Part shown: piece after piece, positions 58,687 to 64,000 of the stretch
Layout of the letters: the number at the start of each line of letters is the position of its first letter
Numbering within the stretch: position 1 is the stretch's first letter
Origin: Planctomycetota bacterium
GTDB taxonomy: Bacteria; Planctomycetota; B15-G4; JADJEK01
Length of the DNA: 64,000 nucleotides
Direction: 5' to 3'
NCBI GenBank assembly: GCA_044225365.1
Contig: JBGAIQ010000001.1
Span: 128,001 to 192,000 of the forward strand
The notes under the pieces: generated by a model
Databases searched by the model: none
Seen by the model: only the letters and a program-made list of their open reading frames with translations
What the model was told of the DNA's origin: nothing
Translations under genes and position numbers: made by a program

Positions 58687-60355
58687 TCGTCTGAACTTCG
58701 GCGGGCGTGATCAGGCCCGTGCTCTCGAACTGCGGCAAGAGTCCGAGGAGGATCGCTCTTTGGCGCGCGTCGGTTCGTCCGGCGGCGGCGCGCTTCAAGA
58801 CCGCCCTGGCTTCGTCGCGGGTCACGACCGAAGGCGGCCCCTTCGCATCGGGGCGATAGAGGCCGAGTAGATCGATCAAGGCATCGATGCAGTGCGGATT
58901 GCGCCCACTCGGGTCGAGCGAAGCAGCGGCGCGATAGTGCTTCGCGGCTTCTAGCGCGTCGCCGAGGCGTGCAGCCGCGTACTCACCGAGTTCGAGATGC
59001 GCTTCGAGCGCGAAGAGATGTTCGGGATCGACCTCGAGCGAGCGCTTCCAGTGATGCACGGCTCCGCGTTGATCGTCGCTGACGTATTCGAGCTTGCCCT
59101 CGGCCTTCAGCAATCCAGCGACCTGGAACTGCGCGAACCCGGAAGTCTCGTCCTTCTCCGCGGCGTCGCGCCAGAGGGCGAGGTCGTCGTGGAAGACGGG
59201 TGTGCGAGCGAGAGTGAGCCCGAACAAGGCGATCAGGAGCACGACGACGACGCTCGTGCGAAGGAGAGTTCGGGGCGCGAGCCCCGTGGCGATCAAGACG
59301 CAGAGGCCGGCGCTCGGGAGATACAGGAATCGATCGCCGAAGATCCAGCCGATGGGCACGAGATGGAGGAACGGGATCATCCCCGCGAAGAAGAGGATGG
59401 CGCTGCCCCGTACCAGGGTCGACCGGCGCTTCCCGAGAATCATGACTGCGCAAAGGAGGAGTGCGATCCCGAGCAGGAGCAACACCGCGCCGCCGAAGCT
59501 GCGAGGTTCGTAGTAGATCGAGAGCGACGTCGGCAGGAAGAAGTTCGAAACGGTCCTTCCGAGCACGCGCACGCCGAGTTCGACGCGCGACAGGAACGGC
59601 AGACCGCCGAGGACGGGGTCGTTCGAGACGTCGGGCGAGAAGCGACCGAGCACGGCGACGCGGACGAGGATCAGCGCGATCGTCGTGAACGCGAGGGTGG
59701 CGAAGCGCGCGGCGATCGCGCGGACGGGAAGGCGCTCGAAGACGTCGATGGCGAGCAACGCGAGCGGGAGCGGTAACGCGCTCTCCTTCGCGAGGCTCGC
59801 CGCGGCATACGCCGCCGCCATCGCGACGAGGCGAAGTCCGGTGCGCCCGGCCGCGGGCGGCCGCGCGAGGAGGGCGAGGAGCGCGAAGATCGTGGCGAGG
59901 ATCTCCGCACGTCCCACGATCCACGCAACGGCTTCGACGTGGATCGGATGCACGGCGAAGATCGCTCCCGCGGTCGCCGCGACCGGAGTCGAAGCGCCGA
60001 GCCGGGCCGCGACGAAAACGAGCAAGGCCGCCGCCAGCGCGTGCGATGCGATGTTGACCTTGCGGAATGCAGGGGCGTCGAGACCGGTCGACTCGTACTG
60101 CGCTCGATAGGTCCACACCGTGAGGGGGCGAAAGAGTCCGAGTTCGGGCCGATTCGGCGGCGTGGGGGAGGTGAAGGGCGACGCGTCACCGATCACGGCT
60201 GAGTTCTTCACGACGTACGTTTCGTCGTCGAGCACGAAGCTCCCGCTCGCCGCGACGACGTACGCGAGGATCGCCAGGATTGCGACGAATACCGCCGCCA
60301 CGGCGAGATGGCGGCGGTTCATGGCGGGCTCGAGCGGTGGGTTCGACGTCGTCAT
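58661..60355 (-). CDS. TMTC-like (DUF1736-type) GT-C membrane glycosyltransferase with C-terminal TPRs
   Basis: FVLDD...V.N, FRPLT, N...H, FAVHPIHVEAVAWIVGRAEIL, KESA, DRFLYLPS, W/F.DD..LW, then TPRs. Confidence 0.85.
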   Translation of the reverse strand: MTTSNPPLEPAMNRRHLAVAAVFVAILAILAYVVAASGSFVLDDETYVVKNSAVIGDASPFTSPTPPNRPELGLFRPLTVWTYRAQYESTGLDAPAFRKVNIASHALAAALLVFVAARLGASTPVAATAGAIFAVHPIHVEAVAWIVGRAEILATIFALLALLARPPAAGRTGLRLVAMAAAYAAASLAKESALPLPLALLAIDVFERLPVRAIAARFATLAFTTIALILVRVAVLGRFSPDVSNDPVLGGLPFLSRVELGVRVLGRTVSNFFLPTSLSIYYEPRSFGGAVLLLLGIALLLCAVMILGKRRSTLVRGSAILFFAGMIPFLHLVPIGWIFGDRFLYLPSAGLCVLIATGLAPRTLLRTSVVVVLLIALFGLTLARTPVFHDDLALWRDAAEKDETSGFAQFQVAGLLKAEGKLEYVSDDQRGAVHHWKRSLEVDPEHLFALEAHLELGEYAAARLGDALEAAKHYRAAASLDPSGRNPHCIDALIDLLGLYRPDAKGPPSVVTRDEARAVLKRAAAGRTDARQRAILLGLLPQFESTGLITPAEVQTIRDSLERR

Positions 60356-60435
60356 CCGCGAGGTTCTCGAGTCGTTCCGGACCGCGACTCGGGGCAGGGC
60401 ACACGGGCCGGATTTCGCCCAAGCCCCGCATCAGC

Positions 60436-60463
60436 AAAAGTCAGGCCCGCCGGAAGCCGATAG
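60436..60463 (+). promoter_or_regulatory. Sigma-28-like promoter motif AAAAG-N15-GCCGATAG
   Basis: Closest to the classical TAAA-N15-GCCGATAA consensus; 98 nt upstream of the DUF5658-like gene. Confidence 0.55.
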
Positions 60464-60561
60464 GATGGGACCGACCCCGCGGTTCGTCGTCTCCTGGATT
60501 CCGATCGGCGCCGGGGGTCTGCACGGCGTCCCGTCGGGTGACTCGCCAGCTGGAGATTCGC

Positions 60562-61044
60562 GTGACTGAATCCGCATCGCCCGAACCCGCACCGCGTTCC
60601 TGGTCCGAGCGCGGGCCCGATCGACGCAAGCGTCCGACTCGGATGTTCTCCCGCTACACGTTCTTCGGGGGCCGAAGGCGGCACGTCCGACGCGACTCCG
60701 AGCGCGAAGGCGCGTTCGTCGATCTGTACGAGCCACGGCTCGCCCTGCTCGTCTGCGCCTTCTTCTTCCTCACGGTCGTCGACTCCGTGTCGACGGTGAT
60801 CTACCTGCGCAAGGGTGGCTCGGAGCTCAATCCGATCGCGCAAGCGATGCTCGATCACGGGGAAGTCGCCTTCGTGTTCATCAAGGGCGTGCTGACGATG
60901 ATCTGCTCGCTCTTCGTGCTCCTGCACAAGAACTTCCGCTACGCGAACGTCGCCCTGGGCATCGGTTTCTCGTTCTACTTCGCGCTCGCGATCTACCATC
61001 TCGTCCTGCAGATCCATGCCTGGGATCGCGTCATCTCCGGCTGA
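60562..61044 (+). CDS. DUF5658-like membrane protein
   Basis: DRR..PT...SRY...GRRR..RR, FVD.Y, D...T...L..GG.ELNP, three TMs; GTG with GGAG RBS. Confidence 0.7.
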   Translation: MTESASPEPAPRSWSERGPDRRKRPTRMFSRYTFFGGRRRHVRRDSEREGAFVDLYEPRLALLVCAFFFLTVVDSVSTVIYLRKGGSELNPIAQAMLDHGEVAFVFIKGVLTMICSLFVLLHKNFRYANVALGIGFSFYFALAIYHLVLQIHAWDRVISG

Positions 61045-61146
61045 GATCGTTCGACCCCGCGCTCAACGAAAAGAGTCGGTGAGGAGGTCCGACGATTCAT
61101 GTACGGCTCGAACGGTCGGAGGCCTGGCCGAATCGTGAACGGTCAC

Positions 61147-61920
61147 TTAGGACGACGCCAACTCGCCTTCGAGATCCGCCGACCGCCGCGCGATCAGGGG
61201 CCACGTCACGTTCCGCGCGCGCTCTAGATCCTCGGGGAAGTCGATCTCGATCCACGGCAGTCCCGCGCTCGAAATCGCACGAATCGGATGCTCTCCGCAC
61301 ATCGCGTCGAACGCACGCGGAGCCCAGGCGTTCACCTGGCCTTCCGTGATCGTGAGGCGTTCGGCTTCGCGCCGCAACCGCTGGGCGCCGAGCTGCGAGA
61401 ACTTGACGACGCCGAGATTCTCGCCGTCGTACGAACCGCGCTGCAAGGTCTTGGCGAGTCCGAGCACTCTTCCGTTCTCGACCTTGACCTTCATCTCCTC
61501 GTCACCGAGCGCGGGATTCGGCTCGTAGAGCAGTGCATCGGGGAAGGGGGAGCGGACGAGCCGCAGCAGCAGTTCGGGATGGAACAGGACGTCGGCGTTG
61601 GTGAGGACGAAGCCTCCCGGCGCGGGTCCGAGCTCGGCGAGCGCGAGGTGGAGTGAGTAGAGGGAGTTCGTCGTGTCGTAGATCGGGTTGCGAACGAAGC
61701 GGGCCCTCTCGTCACAGGCCGACTCGACCATCTCCGCGAAGTAGCCGGTGACGACGACGATGTCGGAGATTCCAGCAGCCCGGAGTGAATCGATCTGGTG
61801 CTCGATCAGCGCGCGTCCGCCGACTTCGAGGAGGCACTTCGGACGGTCGGCGGTGAGGTGTTGGAGGCGGCGGGCGCAGCCAGCGGCGAGGAGGATGGCG
61901 GAACGCGGGGGCTCGGTCAC
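61147..61920 (-). CDS. Phosphocholine/phosphonate cytidylyltransferase family (LicC-like NTP transferase)
   Basis: ILLAAG...RL..LT.DRPKCLL, VTGY, NP.Y.TTN..YSL, NADVLF, EEMKV, GE..G, WIEIDFPEDL. Confidence 0.85.
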   Translation of the reverse strand: MTEPPRSAILLAAGCARRLQHLTADRPKCLLEVGGRALIEHQIDSLRAAGISDIVVVTGYFAEMVESACDERARFVRNPIYDTTNSLYSLHLALAELGPAPGGFVLTNADVLFHPELLLRLVRSPFPDALLYEPNPALGDEEMKVKVENGRVLGLAKTLQRGSYDGENLGVVKFSQLGAQRLRREAERLTITEGQVNAWAPRAFDAMCGEHPIRAISSAGLPWIEIDFPEDLERARNVTWPLIARRSADLEGELASS

Positions 61921-62045
61921 TGTGTGGGGTCCAACTTTCTCACGGATCGTAGAGGCGCCGGGATGCGGAGAACAGTTCCTTCAGCGACCGGCGGCCACGG
62001 AAGCTGCGCGGTACGCCGTCGAGGTCGTTCGACACGAACTGCGCC

Positions 62046-62100
62046 AAAAAAGTGAGGATGCGGTCGGAGACGTGGGTCAGACGTACTCCGCCGCATCCTC
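62046..62100 (-). terminator. Intrinsic terminator on the minus strand
   Basis: GAGGATGCGG/CCGCATCCTC 10-bp stem extended by CGGAG/CTCCG and ACGT/ACGT, followed on the minus strand by ACTTTTTT. Confidence 0.7.
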
Positions 62101-62395
62101 GTCAACGATGTTCTCGAACCCCACGACGACTTCTTCTCGCCGACTGCATTACGTTCCGTCCAAAGGAGGATCGGCGGGTTCGAGGCACCGCTTTGTGCTG
62201 AATGCGGGTCTTTTCGGAAAGCCGACCGCGCCAAGTGAAGTCCCGAGCGCAGATCGGACCCGGAGTTTACCTCTTCTGCCGCCATTGGGTACCGGATGTC
62301 TGGGGATTGCACGCGATACCCTGATCGGTCGGGATTTTCCCGACATCTACCCAACGGCGTCCCCGCGACGGCCCGGGTGAAGAAAGCTCGAACCT
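62046..62395 (-). ncRNA. Candidate structured RNA (sRNA or leader), family unknown
   Basis: Several nested helices whose mismatches are G-U on the minus strand; ends in the terminator; no credible ORF. Confidence 0.45.
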
Positions 62396-62402
62396 TTCCG
62401 TG

Positions 62403-62454
62403 CACGTCAAATTTAAGGTGGTAACTTTGACTTTCACGTCAACGTTCGTAGGAT
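62403..62454 (+). promoter_or_regulatory. AT-rich promoter/operator upstream of the MerR regulator
   Basis: TTGACT-N16-TAGGAT; TTGAC-N6-GTCAA palindrome 62427-62442; CACGTCAA repeated at 62403 and 62435. Confidence 0.55.
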
Positions 62455-62562
62455 CCTTGTCGATCTTCTGGAGTAGCCGATGTTTCGGAACGGCGGTCCG
62501 AAACGCTTCGAGCTCAGGGCCCAGCACTTCTTTCGCGACCGCACCGGAGCGTCACTTACGTC

Positions 62563-63042
62563 ATGGACGAGACCCTCGACAACAACCTCGTGAAGATCGG
62601 TGACTTGGCGCGACTCGCCGAAGTGACGACGAGGACCGTGCGCTTCTACGAAGACCTGGGACTGATCCAGCCCACGACCCGCAGCGTGGGAGGATTCCGC
62701 CTCTACGAAGTCGAACAGGCGGATCGGTTGCGGGCGCTGCTCAAGCTCAAGGAGGTCGGGTTCAGTCTCGACGACATCCGCGCCTATCGGGAGCTCGCGA
62801 ACGAGGGGGCGAACGCGCTCACGGTGATGACTCGCTTGCGCGAGCGAATCACTTCGGGCGCTCAGCAGTTGCGCGACCGGATCGGTCGCCTGCAATCCGC
62901 GCTCGAGGACCTCGAACGCACGAAGGAGACCCTCGCCGCTTGTCACGGCTGCGACGAGAAGGTCTACGACCGGAATTGTCACGCCTGCTGGAAGCAACTC
63001 GCGGGCGGAAATCTCCCCGACGGATTGAAAGCCGTGATCTGA
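62563..63042 (+). CDS. MerR-family transcriptional regulator with C-terminal CxxC-x8-CxxC
   Basis: KIGDLARLAEVTTRTVRFYEDLGLI.P..RS.GGFRLY HTH, GFSLDDI, coiled coil, CHGCDEKVYDRNCHAC. Confidence 0.92.
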   Translation: MDETLDNNLVKIGDLARLAEVTTRTVRFYEDLGLIQPTTRSVGGFRLYEVEQADRLRALLKLKEVGFSLDDIRAYRELANEGANALTVMTRLRERITSGAQQLRDRIGRLQSALEDLERTKETLAACHGCDEKVYDRNCHACWKQLAGGNLPDGLKAVI

Positions 63043-63109
63043 CCATGGCCGTTCCAGCCCCCGCGCAACACGACACCGCGATCTCAGCGAACCGACGGAG
63101 CGGAAACGA

Positions 63110-64000
63110 ATGACGTCGCTACCTGCCAGTACCGATCTCCTCGAGCAGATTCGCCGTCGCGGATTCGTGCGCGGCGAAGAACTCGATCGCCTCCTCGACG
63201 GGAACGCACGAGGTTTCGAATCGCTGGTGAAGTCACTGCTCTCGGCGTTGAAGCGCGTCGTGGTGCAAGCAACGGACGCCGCAACGACCGCGGCCGAGAA
63301 GGAAGCCGCTGACGCTCTCGACGACGGTTGGGACTTCGACTTCCTGCTGCGAGGCGAAGCGCGCAACAGCGCGCTCTCGACCTACATTCGTGAAGTGCTC
63401 GCGATCCCGCACATGCGCCGAGAGGACGAAGTACGGCTCGGCAAGCGGTTCGAATTCGTTCGCCGGCGGTTCTATCACGCGATCCTCGCTGGCGGCGTGT
63501 CGGGCAAACACGCCCGAGCGATCCTCGATTACAGTCGCTTGCGGCCGTTGCTCGACGAACCCGAATCGCCCAAGTCCAACAAGTCGGTCGAAACGACCGA
63601 TGCCGCGATCGCGGCCGATCCCGTGTTCCGTGCGCTCCCTCGGGGACCCAAGCTCGTTCCCATCCGCCGCGCCTGTGCGGAGTACAACGCGGTCCGTGAA
63701 GAGTTCGTCCGGCGGAATCTGCACGTCGTGATCGCCGCCGCCGCGGCCTATCGCACGTACGGCGTACCACTCCTCGACATCATCCAGGAGGGCAACGCCG
63801 GACTCATTCGAGCCGTCGAGAAGTTCGATTGGCGGAAGAACGTGCGATTCCGGACCTATGCGACCTTCTGGATCCGACAGGCGATCGAGCGCGCGATCGC
63901 CGCGAACAAGGGAATCGTGCGCGTGCCGAACTACCTCCAACAAAAGCTGCGGCGATTGCGGCGCGAGGGCAAGATCCCGCGCCGGAACGAGGAGACTTCG
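63110..64000 (+). CDS. Sigma-70 family RNA polymerase sigma factor (RpoD/RpoS-like group), 3'-truncated by the window end
   Basis: Translated by hand: region 1.2 LSTYIREV..IP.M.REDEVRL; region 2 NLHVVI..A..Y...G..LLDIIQEGNAGLIRAVEKFD.RK..RFRTYATFWIRQAI.RA....IVRVP. Confidence 0.9.
   Translation, partial: MTSLPASTDLLEQIRRRGFVRGEELDRLLDGNARGFESLVKSLLSALKRVVVQATDAATTAAEKEAADALDDGWDFDFLLRGEARNSALSTYIREVLAIPHMRREDEVRLGKRFEFVRRRFYHAILAGGVSGKHARAILDYSRLRPLLDEPESPKSNKSVETTDAAIAADPVFRALPRGPKLVPIRRACAEYNAVREEFVRRNLHVVIAAAAAYRTYGVPLLDIIQEGNAGLIRAVEKFDWRKNVRFRTYATFWIRQAIERAIAANKGIVRVPNYLQQKLRRLRREGKIPRRNEETS

Noticed and set aside
3456-60200. Many long alternative-frame and antisense ORFs (e.g. 3456..4868 +, 9386..11437 -, 14758..16188 +, 46307..48109 +, 48200..50011 +, 55116..57029 -)
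   Set aside because: They shadow well-supported genes, are Arg/Ala/Asp-rich without motifs, and are expected from stop-codon scarcity in high-GC DNA
62171-62192. tRNA/tmRNA suggested by the GGTTCGA T-loop-like word
   Set aside because: No cloverleaf, acceptor stem or CCA end; no SRP (GGAA loop) or RNase P (GAGGAAAGUCC) signature either
61917-62405. 162-aa minus-strand ORF (and 61748..62380 +) in the gap before merR
   Set aside because: Atypical composition, no motif, and it runs through a terminator-like hairpin; a structured RNA explains the region better
63045-63113. ATG right after merR as the sigma factor start
   Set aside because: That frame stops after 22 codons at a TGA overlapping ATG 63110; the sigma motifs are in the 63110 frame. 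It could be a coupling peptide, but nothing supports this

Overview
High-GC bacterial chromosomal window, most likely from the PVC superphylum/Planctomycetota (inferred from the Minf_1886-family gene and the gene repertoire; not database-verified). Left third: housekeeping genes (rpmE end, prfA, prmC, ssb, moaDE, lpxA, tmk, holB, moaC-mog, efp-accB-accC), plus a PilZ protein, a kelch protein, a TPR-zinc peptidase, a strongly degenerate DnaA paralog followed by DnaA-box-like motifs, and a HEAT-repeat tail-specific protease. About 23-58 kb is a large surface-glycan region: a nucleotide-sugar operon, a Wza/Wzc-type export pair, and genes resembling the XrtA/PEP-CTERM-associated set, but no exosortase is visible in the window. 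It is interrupted by a 1496-aa TPR protein and apparent pseudo-enzymes (hydrolase, histidine kinase, GT2), and followed by GT-C (ArnT-like and TMTC-like) transferases. The right end holds a structured, terminator-ended ncRNA candidate divergent from a Cys-rich MerR regulator and a partial sigma-70 factor. Most striking unannotated signal: a bipartite motif TCAAG-N15/16-(G)CCGA(T/A)G recurs in nine intergenic regions, each time pointing into the downstream gene, which suggests a sigma-28-like regulon of envelope/glycan genes. All family assignments come from motif recognition by eye; no searches were run.
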